A stretch of 64,000 bases of DNA from an uncultured bacterium (GTDB lineage Bacteria; Actinomycetota; Acidimicrobiia; Spongiisociales; UBA5794): NCBI GenBank assembly GCA_963801165.1, contig CAWDDT010000006.1, positions 544,001 through 608,000 of the forward strand, read 5' to 3'. Shown in pieces: positions 8,792 through 20,998 of this stretch. Made by a program: the position numbers and the translations under genes. The notes beneath the pieces were generated by a model. The model ran no database searches and was not told where the DNA came from. It saw only the letters and a list, made by a program, of their open reading frames with translations. Positions within the stretch are counted from its first letter, which is position 1, and each line of letters begins with the position of its first letter.

Positions 8792-10012
8792 CTACAAGCG
8801 CCCCAGCCACTCGGCGAGGGCCTCGGACCATAGGACGACGGCACCGCCGTCTTCGGAGCCCTCGCGAACTTCCCGGTCGCTGGAGATGACGACCACCCGA
8901 TCCAAGGGCTCGACCATCGCTACGATCTCCTCGTCGGCGATGGCGTCCTGCTCGGTGAAACGGACCTCCACCCCACCCAGCGACGACCGCGACACCCGGT
9001 CCCCCGGGAGCGTCGAATCGAATACCGCAACTATGCGGTGCTTGACGGTGCCCGAGTCGCGCAGACGGCGGAGGGCCGCAACGAGCTTGCGCCGTGCCTC
9101 GCCCGACGTGAAATCGGTTCTGTCGATGTAGAACTGAGCGTTGTATCCGTCGACGAGAACGACAACGGGCTCGGTCAGACCGAGGAGCCAACGAATCGCA
9201 TCAGCAGAGTCCGGCCGTACCCCGGAAGCGATGCTCAGACGCTTGCCGACGGCGGCCCTGCCAGACGTTTGCCGCGTCTGTGGCGTACGACCGAACGAAG
9301 CGGTCTGTAGATCAAGCAACCTCGCCAGCTCGACCGGGTTCGACGATACAAATCGGGTCGCCCCAGCCGAACCTGCGTCCTCGACGCGGAGCCGGCGGGC
9401 CCTGGCGAATCGGGAGCGCAACGCGGCAAACGCGTCCTGCAACTCCCGGTGCTCTGCTTCGAGCCCGGCAATACGTTCTGCAAGGCGCGCCGCTTCGGCA
9501 CGCACCGACTGGAGTTCGGCGATGTCACTCCGGAATCTGGCGGCGACGGCTTCACGCGAGGACTCAACCATCTCCCGAGCCTTCCGCCGCTCCGCTTCGA
9601 GCTCTTTCTTCTGCTCGGCAATTCTCGCGGTCGCGTCGTTGAGCTTCGACTCGAGCTTGACGAGTTCCTTCTGCAAATCGTCAACCCTTGCCTCGTCACG
9701 CCCCGACTCGACTTCCGCAACCGCCGCGGCCACGTCTATCCACCACCCGTCGGGTCGGCTGAGAAACAGGGAGGAGGGCTTGTCTTCGCCTCCCTCCCAA
9801 TGCTCGAGAACCTTGTCCCGGAACCATTGGTTGCGCTCGATCTCGGCCAACAGACTCGCCGCCAGAGGTGGTGGGAGTTTCCCGCCGCTATAAGCAGCAA
9901 CCCTTTGCAGAGCAGCGGGAATCTCCCGCCCCTCGAGATCGCGCAGCGTCGTCCGGCCCGCGGCGACAGCCTCACTGAGAACTGTGACCCATGCTCCGCG
10001 AAAACCAATCAT
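8792..10012 (-). CDS. NYN (YacP-like PIN RNase) domain protein with coiled coil
   Basis: VLVDGYN, VAVFD, ADEEI, VVISSDREV motifs; ATG 10012 preceded by AAGAGG. Confidence 0.85.
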   Translation of the reverse strand: MIGFRGAWVTVLSEAVAAGRTTLRDLEGREIPAALQRVAAYSGGKLPPPLAASLLAEIERNQWFRDKVLEHWEGGEDKPSSLFLSRPDGWWIDVAAAVAEVESGRDEARVDDLQKELVKLESKLNDATARIAEQKKELEAERRKAREMVESSREAVAARFRSDIAELQSVRAEAARLAERIAGLEAEHRELQDAFAALRSRFARARRLRVEDAGSAGATRFVSSNPVELARLLDLQTASFGRTPQTRQTSGRAAVGKRLSIASGVRPDSADAIRWLLGLTEPVVVLVDGYNAQFYIDRTDFTSGEARRKLVAALRRLRDSGTVKHRIVAVFDSTLPGDRVSRSSLGGVEVRFTEQDAIADEEIVAMVEPLDRVVVISSDREVREGSEDGGAVVLWSEALAEWLGRL

Positions 10013-10070
10013 GACCTCTTGATGCCTTACCGATATCTCCGCGAGGCTAGTGGCGAGGTAGGCGATCGAC

Positions 10071-10098
10071 TTGACACCCGGTCGATAGCTGGCATACT
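10071..10098 (+). promoter_or_regulatory. Housekeeping-sigma promoter for the ilv-leu operon
   Basis: TTGACA-N16-CATACT. Confidence 0.55.
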
Positions 10099-10110
10099 CG
10101 CCTTTCAGCA

Positions 10111-10179
10111 ATGGAAGCCATCCCCATGAGAAACCTGGCCATGACAAACAACCACAACATCCTGGTACTTATCACCTAG
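10111..10179 (+). CDS. ilvB operon leader peptide ([22 protein letters not shown]; alternative start at 10141)
   Basis: Run of Ile-Leu-Val-Leu-Ile codons just before the stop, followed by a hairpin and an intrinsic terminator. Confidence 0.8.
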   Translation: MEAIPMRNLAMTNNHNILVLIT

Positions 10180-10213
10180 GCGCAGACGTCGCCAGACGTC
10201 AACATGCGCCGAC

Positions 10214-10236
10214 ACCCTCCAACCGGAGGGTTTTTT
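10214..10236 (+). terminator. Attenuator terminator of the ilvB leader
   Basis: ACCCTCC-aacc-GGAGGGT followed by a T run, 38 bp before ilvB. Confidence 0.85.
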
Positions 10237-10274
10237 CATATCTACGACACCCGATCGGCCCAGGAGAGACCGAA

Positions 10275-11993
10275 ATGAGCGAGACACTCACCGGAGCACA
10301 AGCATTGATACGAGCCCTCGAGCACGAGGGCGTAGACGTGATCTTCGGCATGCCCGGCGGTGCGATCCTCCCCGCCTACGATCCGCTGCTCGACAGCCCG
10401 ATCCGGCATATCCTGGTTCGTCACGAACAGGGCGCAGGCCACATGGCCTCCGGATACGCACACGCCACCGGCCGTGTCGGGGTCGCCATGGTCACCTCCG
10501 GCCCCGCCGCCACCAACCTGATCACACCGCTCCAGGACGCCTACATGGACTCGATCCCGGTGGTGGCGATCACCGGACAAGTCGCCCAGACGAGCATCGG
10601 GATGGACGCTTTCCAGGAAGCTCACACCTGGGGCATCTCGATGCCGTGCACCAAACACAACTACCTGGTGACCGACGTCGAGGAGATCCCCGACGTGATC
10701 CGCGAGGCGTTCCACCTGGCGGCTACAGGGCGTCCCGGCCCGGTGCTGGTCGACATCCCCAAGGACTTGCTCGGTGACACGATGACCTGGCACCGCCCCG
10801 GTGAGATCAACCTGCCCGGCTACAAACCCAGCGTCCAAGGGCACCCCAAGCAAGTGAAATCGGCCGTCAAGGCGATCCATGCATCCGAGCGTCCGGTGCT
10901 CTACGCCGGGGGCGGCATCATCAGAGCCGACGCCGCCGACCGGCTGCGTCGCTTCGCCGAGGTCGCGAACCTGCCCACGGTGACGACGCTGATGGCGCGG
11001 GGTGCCATCCCCGACTCTCATCCGCTGGCGCTAGGAATGCCGGGCATGCACGGCAACTACACCGCCATAACCGCCCTCCAGAAGGCGGACCTGCTGATCG
11101 CAATCGGTACCCGATTCGACGACCGGGTCACCGGCAAGGTCGATGCGTTCGCACCGGATGCCAAGGTCATCCACATCGATGTCGACCCCGCCGAGATCAG
11201 CAAGGTGCGCTTCGCCGACATCCCGATTGTGGGTGACGCGGGCGCGGTTCTCGAACAGCTGATCTTCGCCATGGAGCACCTGCTCGACACCAAACCGGCG
11301 CCGGCCCGCAAGGACTGGTTGGACACCATCCGCGACTGGCAGGAGCGATACCCGCTCGAGTACGAGCAAGATCCCGACGGTCCGATCCAGCAGCAGTACG
11401 TCATCCAGGAGCTGCACCGCATCACCGGTGGCAACGCAATCGTCGTCGCCGGAGTCGGTCAGCATCAGATGTGGGCATCCCAATACTGGGGTTTCGAGAG
11501 ACCCCGCACCTGGATCAACTCCGGTGGTCTCGGCACCATGGGATACGCCATTCCCGCGGCCATAGGCGCCAAGGCCGGGGCGCCCGACGAACTGGTAGTG
11601 GCATTCGACGGGGACGGCTGTTTCCAGATGACGATGCAGGAGCTCGTCACGGCCGCCACCGAAGGGATCAACGTCAAGATCATGGTGCTCAACAACGGCT
11701 GGTTGGGGATGGTCAAGCAGTGGCAGCGTCTCTTCTACAACGAGCGCTACAGCGCCACCGACCTGGGAGGCCGGATCCCCGATTTCGTGGGCCTCGCCGA
11801 GGCGATGGGATGCGCCGGACTGCGGGCGGAGAAACCTTCCGACGTGGCACCGGCGATCGAGAAGGCTCTGGCGATCAATGATCGTCCGGTCGTCGTCGAG
11901 TTCAAGTGTGATCCGGACGCCATGGTCTTCCCCATGGTTCCCGCCGGGCACTCCAACGACGACGTCGTGGTCCGTCTGGAGGATCTGGCATGA
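10275..11993 (+). CDS. ilvB: Acetolactate synthase large subunit
   Basis: [37 protein letters not shown] and the GDGCF ThDP motif. Confidence 0.97.
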   Translation: MSETLTGAQALIRALEHEGVDVIFGMPGGAILPAYDPLLDSPIRHILVRHEQGAGHMASGYAHATGRVGVAMVTSGPAATNLITPLQDAYMDSIPVVAITGQVAQTSIGMDAFQEAHTWGISMPCTKHNYLVTDVEEIPDVIREAFHLAATGRPGPVLVDIPKDLLGDTMTWHRPGEINLPGYKPSVQGHPKQVKSAVKAIHASERPVLYAGGGIIRADAADRLRRFAEVANLPTVTTLMARGAIPDSHPLALGMPGMHGNYTAITALQKADLLIAIGTRFDDRVTGKVDAFAPDAKVIHIDVDPAEISKVRFADIPIVGDAGAVLEQLIFAMEHLLDTKPAPARKDWLDTIRDWQERYPLEYEQDPDGPIQQQYVIQELHRITGGNAIVVAGVGQHQMWASQYWGFERPRTWINSGGLGTMGYAIPAAIGAKAGAPDELVVAFDGDGCFQMTMQELVTAATEGINVKIMVLNNGWLGMVKQWQRLFYNERYSATDLGGRIPDFVGLAEAMGCAGLRAEKPSDVAPAIEKALAINDRPVVVEFKCDPDAMVFPMVPAGHSNDDVVVRLEDLA

Positions 11994-12517
11994 GAAGGTT
12001 CAATATGACCCAGCACGTGATCACGGTCCTCGTCGAGGACAAGCCGGGTGTCCTGGCGCGAATCTCCTCGATGTTCGCCAGGCGCGGGTTCAACATCCAT
12101 TCACTCGCCGTTGGGCCGACGGCCGACCCGACACTGTCGCGGATGACCGTGGTGGTCGACGGCCCCGAGATGGAGCAGATCATCAAGCAGCTATACAAGC
12201 TGGTGAACACCGTGAAGGTGACCGAGCACCCACCCGGGTCCGCGGTCGAGCGTGAGGTCATGCTGGCCAGGATCAACGCGGAGCCCTCCCGCCGCGGTGA
12301 GATCCTCGATGCGGCACGCATCTTTGACGCCAAGGCAGTCGACGTTGGCAAGAACTCCATCACCTTCGAGATGTCGGGAGAGCCGGGCAAGCTGAGCGAT
12401 TTCTTGGAGTTGATGGCGCCTTATGGCATTGTCGACCTCGTGAAGTCCGGGCGGATCGCTCTGGCCCGGGACCCGAAGGGAAAGAACGCACGCCGCCCCG
12501 AGCTGCGCACGGCATAG
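11990..12517 (+). CDS. ilvN: Acetolactate synthase small (regulatory) subunit
   Basis: [33 protein letters not shown] domain; start may be ATG 12005. Confidence 0.96.
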   Translation: MRRFNMTQHVITVLVEDKPGVLARISSMFARRGFNIHSLAVGPTADPTLSRMTVVVDGPEMEQIIKQLYKLVNTVKVTEHPPGSAVEREVMLARINAEPSRRGEILDAARIFDAKAVDVGKNSITFEMSGEPGKLSDFLELMAPYGIVDLVKSGRIALARDPKGKNARRPELRTA

Positions 12518-12559
12518 GAGAGTTACGGCATTGGAGAGTTTCAGCATGGGAGAGGATTC
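12512..12559 (+). repeat. Three imperfect 16-bp tandem repeats, each carrying GGAGAG, before ilvC
   Basis: GCATAGGAGAGTTACG / GCATTGGAGAGTTTCA / GCATGGGAGAGGATTC then ATG. Confidence 0.7.
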
Positions 12560-13572
<1,013 letters not shown>

Positions 13573-13576
<4 letters not shown>

Positions 13577-13697
13577 CAATGGTTCGACACGAGCTCTCAC
13601 GACGTCGCCTGGAGCTTAGATAGCCGGGCAACCGCTCCCGCGGTTGGCCCGGCGCCTGTACCAGCCGACCAAACCGCACAACTAGGAGCTCACAAAC
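13573..13697 (+). promoter_or_regulatory. Putative leuA leader (LEU-element-like): mini-ORF plus hairpin
   Basis: ORF 13573/13579-13623 (M)TMVRHELSRRRLELR; hairpin CCGGGCAACCGC-tccc-GCGGTTGGCCCGG; GAGCT segments complementary to the leuA SD region AGGAGCTC. Confidence 0.45.
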
Positions 13698-15248
13698 ATG
13701 GCATCAGCTCAGTCCGACCGATTGATCATCTTCGACACGACCCTGCGCGATGGCGAGCAGGCACCCGGCATCGCGCTTTCTCCCGACGAGAAGGTAGCCA
13801 TCGCCCACCAGCTGGCCCGGCTCAAGGTCGACGTCATCGAGGCCGGCTTTGCGGCGTCGTCCCCGGGTGACCACGAGGCCGTCTCTAGGATCGCCCGCGA
13901 GGTCAAGGGCCCGGTGATCGCCACCCTGGCGCGTACCCACCCCGACGACATCGATACGGCGGCCGACGCGCTGCGGGGCGCCGATCGCAAGCGCATCCAC
14001 GTATTCATCTCCACCTCGCAGATCCAGCGTGAGGAAATGCTGCGGATGTCCGAGGACGACGTACTCGCCGCCATCACGGAGTCGGTGGCGCGGGCGAAAC
14101 GGTATGCCGACGATGTCGAGTTCTCCCCCCAGGACGCCACCAGGACACACCCGGACTTCGTCATCGAGAGCTGCCGGCGCGCCGTCGCCGCCGGGGCGAC
14201 GACGATCAACATCCCCGACACGGTGGGTTATGCGATTCCCGAGGACTTCGTCGGGCTGATGCAGCGTGTCTATGACGAGGTGCGCGGCGGCAACGATGAC
14301 GTCATCATCTCCACCCATTGCCACAACGACCTCGGTCTGGCCGTCGCCAACTCGCTGTCGGCCATCCGGGCCGGGGCGAGGCAGATCGAGGGTGCGATCA
14401 ACGGGCTCGGGGAGCGTGCCGGCAACACATCGACCGAGGAAATCATCATGGCGGTCAAGACCCGTCAGGACTACTTCGGGGTCGAGGTCGGCGCTGACAC
14501 CACCGAAATCTTCGAAACCTCACGGCTGGTGTCCCGGTTGACCGGCTACCCGATCCAGTACAACAAGGCAATCGTCGGTAGAAACGCGTTCTCCCATGAG
14601 TCGGGAATCCACCAGCACGGCGTGCTGCGAAATCGGGAGACATACGAGATCATGGATCCTGCCTCGATCGGCCAAACCTCAACGCTCGTGCTGGGCAAGC
14701 ACTCCGGCCGGGCCGCATTCGCCGACGCTCTCGCCAAAATGAGCATCCGGCTCGAGGACGACGAGTTCAAGGCAGCCTTTGCCCGATTCAAAGAGCTGGC
14801 CGACCGCAAGGGGGAGATCTCCGAGGAAGGCATCCGCGCCATCATCGCCGAGAAAACAAGCGTGAAGCCCGACGTCGTCGAGTTGCTCGGCATCCACGTG
14901 TCGGGGGGAAGCCGGGAGACACCGGTCGCCACGGTTTCGCTGCGTCGCAACGGTGAGGAGATCGAGGCGCGCTCAGAAGGAGACGGCATGGTCAACGCGG
15001 CGTTTGCGGCGTTGCGCACCGTGTTCGACCTGGAGGCAAACCTCCTCGACTACCGGGTGAGTCCGCTCACCTCCGGCGCCGACGCCATGGCGGAAGTCAA
15101 CGCAGTCATCCAGGTCGGCTCCGAGACGTATTCGGGCCGTGGTGTCTCCACCGACGTCGTCGAGGGCTCGGCTCGGGCATTCACCGCGGCCCTCAACAAG
15201 GCGGCGGCAGACAGACCGGTGGTGCCGTCCGGAGAGGCAACCGCATAG
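13698..15248 (+). CDS. leuA: 2-isopropylmalate synthase
   Basis: [35 protein letters not shown]; C-terminal regulatory domain. Confidence 0.96.
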   Translation: MASAQSDRLIIFDTTLRDGEQAPGIALSPDEKVAIAHQLARLKVDVIEAGFAASSPGDHEAVSRIAREVKGPVIATLARTHPDDIDTAADALRGADRKRIHVFISTSQIQREEMLRMSEDDVLAAITESVARAKRYADDVEFSPQDATRTHPDFVIESCRRAVAAGATTINIPDTVGYAIPEDFVGLMQRVYDEVRGGNDDVIISTHCHNDLGLAVANSLSAIRAGARQIEGAINGLGERAGNTSTEEIIMAVKTRQDYFGVEVGADTTEIFETSRLVSRLTGYPIQYNKAIVGRNAFSHESGIHQHGVLRNRETYEIMDPASIGQTSTLVLGKHSGRAAFADALAKMSIRLEDDEFKAAFARFKELADRKGEISEEGIRAIIAEKTSVKPDVVELLGIHVSGGSRETPVATVSLRRNGEEIEARSEGDGMVNAAFAALRTVFDLEANLLDYRVSPLTSGADAMAEVNAVIQVGSETYSGRGVSTDVVEGSARAFTAALNKAAADRPVVPSGEATA

Positions 15249-16315
15249 TGCACGGATCCTTCGTCCTTCTTCCCGGTGACGGGATCGGCCCTGAGGTGAC
15301 CGCGGCTGCGCACCAGGTCCTGGTGGCGGTGGCAGCCCGGTTCGACCACGACTTCTCGTTCGAGCAGCGCCCGATCGGCGGCAACGCCATCGACGATTTC
15401 GGGGACCCGCTCCCCCGATCGACGCTCGACGCCTGCCGCACCGCCGATGCCGTGATCCTGGGGGCCGTTGGCGGACCGAAGTGGGACGATCCCAACGCCA
15501 AGACCCGCCCGGAGGCGGGTCTGCTCGCCCTGCGCAAGGAGCTTGGCCTCTTTGCCAACCTGCGCCCGATCACGGCCCACCGCCAGCTGATCGAGTCGTC
15601 TCCATTGCGTCGGGACCTGATCGAAGGTGTCGACATTCTGTTCTTCCGTGAGCTCACAGGTGGGATCTACTTCGGGGCATCGTCGCTCAGCGACGACGGG
15701 CAGGTCGCCTCTAGTGTCATGGAGTACTCGGTCGGAGAGGTCGAGCGGATCGTACGGATGGCCGCCGAGGCTGCGAGGAACCGACGCAACCGGCTGACGT
15801 CGGTAGACAAGGCGAACGTGCTCGAGGTGTCCCGACTGTGGCGCCGGGTGGCGGCGCGGGTCATGGCCGAGGAGTTCCCCGACGTTGAGTACGAGGTGGT
15901 GCTGGTGGACGCGATGGCGATGCATCTCATCTCCCGGCCCCGCGATTTCGACGTCGTCGTCACCGGGAACCTGTTTGGCGACATCCTCACCGACGAGGGC
16001 TCGATGCTTCCGGGATCGCTGGGTCTTCTGCCGTCGGCGTCGCTTGGCGACACCCAGCCCGGTCTCTACGAGCCCATTCACGGATCAGCGCCCGACATCG
16101 CGGGCAAGGATCTGGCCAACCCGCTGGCCACGATCCTGGCTGCGGCCATGGCGTTACGCCACTCGCTCGATCTCGGGGACGAGGCCGGCGCCGTGGAGAG
16201 CGCGGTCGATGCCGTTCTCGACGCCGGGATGCGCACGCGGGACATTTCCGCAGGCGGCAAATTCTTCGGCACCTCCGAGATGGGTGCTGCCGTCGCAGAG
16301 GCCGTGCGGGGCTGA
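15248..16315 (+). CDS. leuB: 3-isopropylmalate dehydrogenase
   Basis: [50 protein letters not shown]. Confidence 0.97.
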   Translation: MHGSFVLLPGDGIGPEVTAAAHQVLVAVAARFDHDFSFEQRPIGGNAIDDFGDPLPRSTLDACRTADAVILGAVGGPKWDDPNAKTRPEAGLLALRKELGLFANLRPITAHRQLIESSPLRRDLIEGVDILFFRELTGGIYFGASSLSDDGQVASSVMEYSVGEVERIVRMAAEAARNRRNRLTSVDKANVLEVSRLWRRVAARVMAEEFPDVEYEVVLVDAMAMHLISRPRDFDVVVTGNLFGDILTDEGSMLPGSLGLLPSASLGDTQPGLYEPIHGSAPDIAGKDLANPLATILAAAMALRHSLDLGDEAGAVESAVDAVLDAGMRTRDISAGGKFFGTSEMGAAVAEAVRG

Positions 16316-16324
16316 CCGCCTGCC

Positions 16325-17815
16325 ATGATCCGTCGCACCGCCGCCGCCGCCCTCGCCCTCGTGCTGACCCTTGCGGCGTGCAGCCCTGGTTCCGCGGGTG
16401 ACACCGGGTCTTCGACCACTGCGCCGCCACCGACAACGGCTGGTGTAACCACTACAACCACGACCACGATGGCGCCGGTCGACCCGGGTCAGGCAGAGGA
16501 GCTGTTCGGGGTAGGCGATAGCCGCTATCCCGAACTCGGCAACACCGGCTACGAAGTCGATCACTACACGGTGGATCTCACCTTCGATCCGGACGCCAAC
16601 ACGATCAACTCTCTCGTCACCATCGAAGCCACAGCGACCGAGCCGCTCCGGGTCGTCCCGCTCGACTTCATCGGATTCGACGTGACCAACGTCCAGGTCG
16701 GCGATGCTACGGCGTCGTTCACCCGCCGGGATGACAAGTTGCTGGTCGAGCCGGGATCCCTCATCCCGTCCGGGGAGGCGTTCTCGATTTCGGTCGCATA
16801 CAACGGCACACCCACGCCCATCTTGTCCCAGGCGCTTCCGTTCGACGTTGGGTGGTTGACCGATCCCAACGGAACTGCGTACGTGATCGCCGAGCCGGAC
16901 GGAGCGCGCGCCTGGCTCCCGGTCAACGATCACCCGAGTGACAAGGCCACCTACACCTTCCGTATCACCGTGCCGGACCCACTCATCGCCGCCGCCAACG
17001 GTGTGCACGTCGACACGATCACCGATCTGGGCTGGGCGACATGGGTCTGGGAGGAGACCCACCCTATGGCGTCATATCTGGCAACCGTCGTTATCGGCGA
17101 TCTGACAGTCACCCGGGACGAAGAGGCGACCTCGCAAACCGGTGTCGAGGTGCGCAACGTCCTGCCCGCCGATCTCTCCGCCGGCTCCCTCAGCAAGCTT
17201 GCGCTGCAGGGAGACATGATCGAGTATCTCGCCGGTCTGTTCGGGCCTTACCCGTTCGACTCCTACGGGCTTGCCGTGGTCGACGGCTTCGACGCCGCTC
17301 TCGAGGATCAGACCCTGTCCGTCTTCGGCAGGTCGATGGTCGACGTGCCCTCCTTCTTCGAAACCGTCATCGTCCACGAGCTTTCCCACCAGTGGTTCGG
17401 CGACAGCGTGACCCCGGCGGACTGGGGCGATGTGTGGCTCAATGAGGGATTCGCCACGTATGCGGAATGGCTGTGGCTGGAGCACACTCAGGGAAAGACG
17501 GCTATGGAGACAACCATCGCCAGGAACCGCGACCAGATGGCGGCGGGCGCTTACAAACCACCCGGTGAACCGCCCGCCGACGACCTGTTCAATGCAAGCG
17601 TGTACATCCGGGGCGGGCTCGTTCTCAACGCGCTGCGGGCGGAGGTGGGCGACGATGCGTTCTTCGAGATCCTCCGCACCTATGCCGACAAATACCGCTA
17701 CGGCGTCGCCACAACGGATGACTTCATTGCAGTCGCCGAGTCTGTTTCCGGCCAGGATCTCGGCCAGTTGTTTGCCGATTGGCTGTACGGGGACGAGGTG
17801 CCACCGCTGCCCTGA
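16325..17815 (+). CDS. M1-family zinc aminopeptidase, lipoprotein
   Basis: LAAC lipobox, Thr-rich linker, HELSHQWFG...WLNEGFATY (HExxH-x18-E). Confidence 0.92.
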   Translation: MIRRTAAAALALVLTLAACSPGSAGDTGSSTTAPPPTTAGVTTTTTTTMAPVDPGQAEELFGVGDSRYPELGNTGYEVDHYTVDLTFDPDANTINSLVTIEATATEPLRVVPLDFIGFDVTNVQVGDATASFTRRDDKLLVEPGSLIPSGEAFSISVAYNGTPTPILSQALPFDVGWLTDPNGTAYVIAEPDGARAWLPVNDHPSDKATYTFRITVPDPLIAAANGVHVDTITDLGWATWVWEETHPMASYLATVVIGDLTVTRDEEATSQTGVEVRNVLPADLSAGSLSKLALQGDMIEYLAGLFGPYPFDSYGLAVVDGFDAALEDQTLSVFGRSMVDVPSFFETVIVHELSHQWFGDSVTPADWGDVWLNEGFATYAEWLWLEHTQGKTAMETTIARNRDQMAAGAYKPPGEPPADDLFNASVYIRGGLVLNALRAEVGDDAFFEILRTYADKYRYGVATTDDFIAVAESVSGQDLGQLFADWLYGDEVPPLP

Positions 17816-17886
17816 GGCCTCCGCGGAGTTGCGCCACCCGGCACCGGCGGTACTCTGAGGGCCCGCGCAGCGACAAGAAGGATGCT

Positions 17887-18782
17887 ATGCGCACTCCTCC
17901 CCACTTCATGACAGCATTGATAACCCCGTTCGACGAGAACGGGAACATCATCGTTGAGGCACATCACCACAACCTGCACCTGCAGACAAGCCGCGGGGTC
18001 ACCGGGTTCATTCTCGCAGGCTCGACCGGCGAAGGTCCGTACCTGGAGGCCGGCGAGCGGCACCTGCTGGCCGCCGAGGCCCGGCGGGAGTTGGGGCCGG
18101 CACCGTTCCTGATGTGTGGCGTTGCCGCCCAGTCTGTGCGCCAGGCTATGGGCCAGATCAAGGAGATCGCCGAAGCGGCGCCGATGCCGTTCTCGTGATG
18201 ACACCGACCACGCTCGCCAGGGGCAACCACGATGCAGTGCGACGCTTCTACGAGGCAATCGCCGAGTCCACCCCGCTACCGCTATTCCTGTACTCGGTGC
18301 CGGGCGTGACCGGCTACGACCTCCCCGCCGAGTACGCCGCCGAGCTGTCGGCCCACCCCAACATCGTCGGGCTGAAAGACAGCGCCGGGCGGGCCCTCCA
18401 CACCAAGCAGGTGGTGGAGGCATCGGTAGATGGGTTCCTCGTCTTCTCGGGGTCGAGCAGTGCCCTCACCCAGGCCATCGCAGGCGGTGCGGTTGGGGCG
18501 ATCACCGCCTCCGCCAACTACCTGCCGGAGCTCGTGTCGGCGGTCGTGAGAACCGCATGCGAATCGGTTTCCCGCGCCGAGCCGCTGCAGACCCAGCTCA
18601 CTACAGCCACCAAGGCCGTCGAGGCGTACGGAGTGGTGGGCACCAAGGCCGCGGCCGGTGCCGCCGGGCTGTGGACCGGCATCCCCCGCCGCCCGCTGCA
18701 AGCGGTGCCACGCACCGAGCTCGCCCGGGTGAATCAGATCGTCAGCGCCGCCAGGGAAAGCCTCGCCGAACTAGTGGCGTAG
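17887..18782 (+). pseudogene. Dihydrodipicolinate synthase (DapA)-family protein, frameshifted near 18175
   Basis: N-part TALITPFD..GSTGE in one frame; C-part GADAVLV..YSVP..TG..GLKDS in another; one base missing at GAAGCGGCGCCGAT; possibly a sequencing error. Confidence 0.85.
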
Positions 18783-18792
18783 GACCGCGGGT

Positions 18793-20643
18793 CTACCCGA
18801 CGAGAGCCCTCACCAGGAAGGCAGCCATCTGACCCCTGGTGACCGGAGCGTCGGGACAATACCGATCGTTCACAGGCGGATCGCATCCACGGGTAATTCC
18901 CGCATTGCCAAGAATGTCGATGTCCCCCTCGAACAGCGAACCGTCGTCATCGCTGAAGAGATCACCACCACCGGCGTCCGACAAACCCAAAGCACGAACC
19001 AGAAACGCAGCCATCTGACCCCTGGTAACCGGAGCGTCGGGACAATACCGATCGTTCACAGGCGGATCACATCCACGGGTAATTCCCGCATTGCCAAGAA
19101 TGTCGATGTCCCCCTCGAACAGCGAACCGTCGTCATCGCTGAAGAGATCACCACCACCGGCGTCCGACAAACCCAAAGCACGAACCAGAAACGCAGCCAT
19201 CTGACCCCTGGTAACCGCGTCGTCCGGGCAGAACCGGGTGTTGGCTTCGGCGGGGTTGCAGCCGCGGGTGATGGCCGCGGCGGCCAGCCATTCGATGTCG
19301 TTTTCGAAGATCGAGCCGTCGTCGTCGAGGAACCGTCCCGGGTCTGGCCTACCCGCGCATCCTCCCAGGTCGTAGATGTGGGCGGTGTACCTGGTGTCTT
19401 CGCGGTTGCCGGTAGTGACCCAGATGTAGTCGTCGTTTCCGTCGATTGCTTCGACTTCCGTTGATGTGTCAGCCGAGTAATCGAAGTGGTCGAGCAACAC
19501 CCCGGACAACGAGCGCAGATCGACGCTCTGACCGCTGGCTCCCACCAGCGCCAGCACCTTTCCTGCGGGCCGACCGGCGGGCCAGTTTCGGTACTCGAGC
19601 GTTTCCGAAGAGCCGAGCGGAGCGCCATCGAGTCGATATAGCCTGATCCGGCCGGTGGTCACCCCTTCCGGTGTCTCCGCCTCTGCGTCGATCCCGATGA
19701 GGTACCGACCGTGCTCCCATGCGAGCGCGTCCAATGGATCGACTGTGTCGTGGAGACCATCGAGCTCGGTGACTCCGCTGCCGTTTGGAGCCATCGCCAC
19801 GGCACGATTGGCAGAGTCGCCATGGACGTCGGCGGCGAATCCAAGGGCCGTGGCGCCCATCCGGACCGCCGAGCCACCCAGGTCGACCGTGGCGACCTCC
19901 TCGGCGGAGCTGGCGAGAACGTGCACTACCGTAGCTCCACTCTCAGTTCCCAGCGGAGCGCCTTCGGTTGCATACAGAAACCCGTTGCGCGAGGTGACGC
20001 CGGTAAACAGAGTGGACGCCGCCAGGACGGGCCCGGCATTGCCGTCCGTATCGAACGTCGCGATACCTCCGTCGAGCATCACCACATATACCGTGTCGTC
20101 GAGCACAGTGCCGAACTGGCCAAACCCGTTGGCGGCGGTTGTGAGCTCGGTGACGGTGCCGTCCTGCTTGACAAGCAGCACCCGTTCGAGGTGCGAGCCC
20201 ACATCACCCCAGTCGGCGACCAGGATGAGGCCGTCTTTATAGACGGCTTCGGCATGGACGGAAATCGGCAGATCAAACAAGTAAGCCCCGTCCGGGGAAT
20301 AGATCCTGGCGCCGGGGAACGTATCAACCACGACACCCCAGGTAGCGTTGTGCGTGTTGAGAATGTCATCGTTGAACTGAGGCACCTCGCCTCGCGGGGT
20401 GCCGTCGGGGGCTGGTCCGACGAGCGTCCCATCCGGCAGATACACCGATTGGCCGAACCATACGCGGTCACCCACGAATTCAGCTCTGGCGGACCGACCG
20501 TCGGTTCCGGTCTCGAGTTCACCGGCCAGCGTAGGCGCAACCGAGCAATCATCCTCGGAGATCACCGGCGCCGCGGCACTCGAGCCAGGAGGCAGCCACG
20601 CCACCAGAAGAAGAGCCACACCGACAATCGAGCGTTTCATCAC
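18793..20643 (-). CDS. Secreted protein (possible beta-propeller) with three C-terminal SLH-type domains
   Basis: Signal peptide; three F.DDDGS.FE.DI..L..AGITRGC.P..N.R.CPD..VTRGQMAAFLVRAL modules. Confidence 0.88.
   Translation of the reverse strand: MMKRSIVGVALLLVAWLPPGSSAAAPVISEDDCSVAPTLAGELETGTDGRSARAEFVGDRVWFGQSVYLPDGTLVGPAPDGTPRGEVPQFNDDILNTHNATWGVVVDTFPGARIYSPDGAYLFDLPISVHAEAVYKDGLILVADWGDVGSHLERVLLVKQDGTVTELTTAANGFGQFGTVLDDTVYVVMLDGGIATFDTDGNAGPVLAASTLFTGVTSRNGFLYATEGAPLGTESGATVVHVLASSAEEVATVDLGGSAVRMGATALGFAADVHGDSANRAVAMAPNGSGVTELDGLHDTVDPLDALAWEHGRYLIGIDAEAETPEGVTTGRIRLYRLDGAPLGSSETLEYRNWPAGRPAGKVLALVGASGQSVDLRSLSGVLLDHFDYSADTSTEVEAIDGNDDYIWVTTGNREDTRYTAHIYDLGGCAGRPDPGRFLDDDGSIFENDIEWLAAAAITRGCNPAEANTRFCPDDAVTRGQMAAFLVRALGLSDAGGGDLFSDDDGSLFEGDIDILGNAGITRGCDPPVNDRYCPDAPVTRGQMAAFLVRALGLSDAGGGDLFSDDDGSLFEGDIDILGNAGITRGCDPPVNDRYCPDAPVTRGQMAAFLVRALVG
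18821..19216. repeat. Near-identical 186-bp tandem repeat encoding SLH modules
   Basis: GCAGCCATCTGACCCCTGGT recurs at 18821, 19007 and 19193; the two full units differ at only a few positions. Confidence 0.92.
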
Positions 20644-20998
20644 CGTCCCCTTCGCGTGCGTTGCCCAGCGAGACCGCCCCGTCGATTGTAAGCCGGAACA
20701 GCCAATACCTGTGAGGTCGGGTCAAAATCGGCGCCGGCGGGCATGGCCGAGCCATCGCACGAGTGTCGGGTTGGGCTTGGGCCTGCACCGGGCCCTGGGC
20801 GATGACTTTCGCAACGGAGCTCCTGTCCCGGCCTCTGGTCCGAGACCCTGCCGGCCAAGGTGGCATCGACATTCCGCGGTCGGTTGTGGTGGCTGCGAGG
20901 AAATCGTCCGTCTCGACCCCCTCACGGGCCTTCTTGCCGCCGCCACCTCGCAGCTACCCGAGTCGACCGACCGTGTCGAAAGGACTAGGTTCACGGCC

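Noticed and set aside
20644-20998. Riboswitch or sRNA in the 355-bp gap before pntA
   Set aside because: No recognisable conserved motif or terminator was found by eye; an Rfam/Infernal scan would be needed
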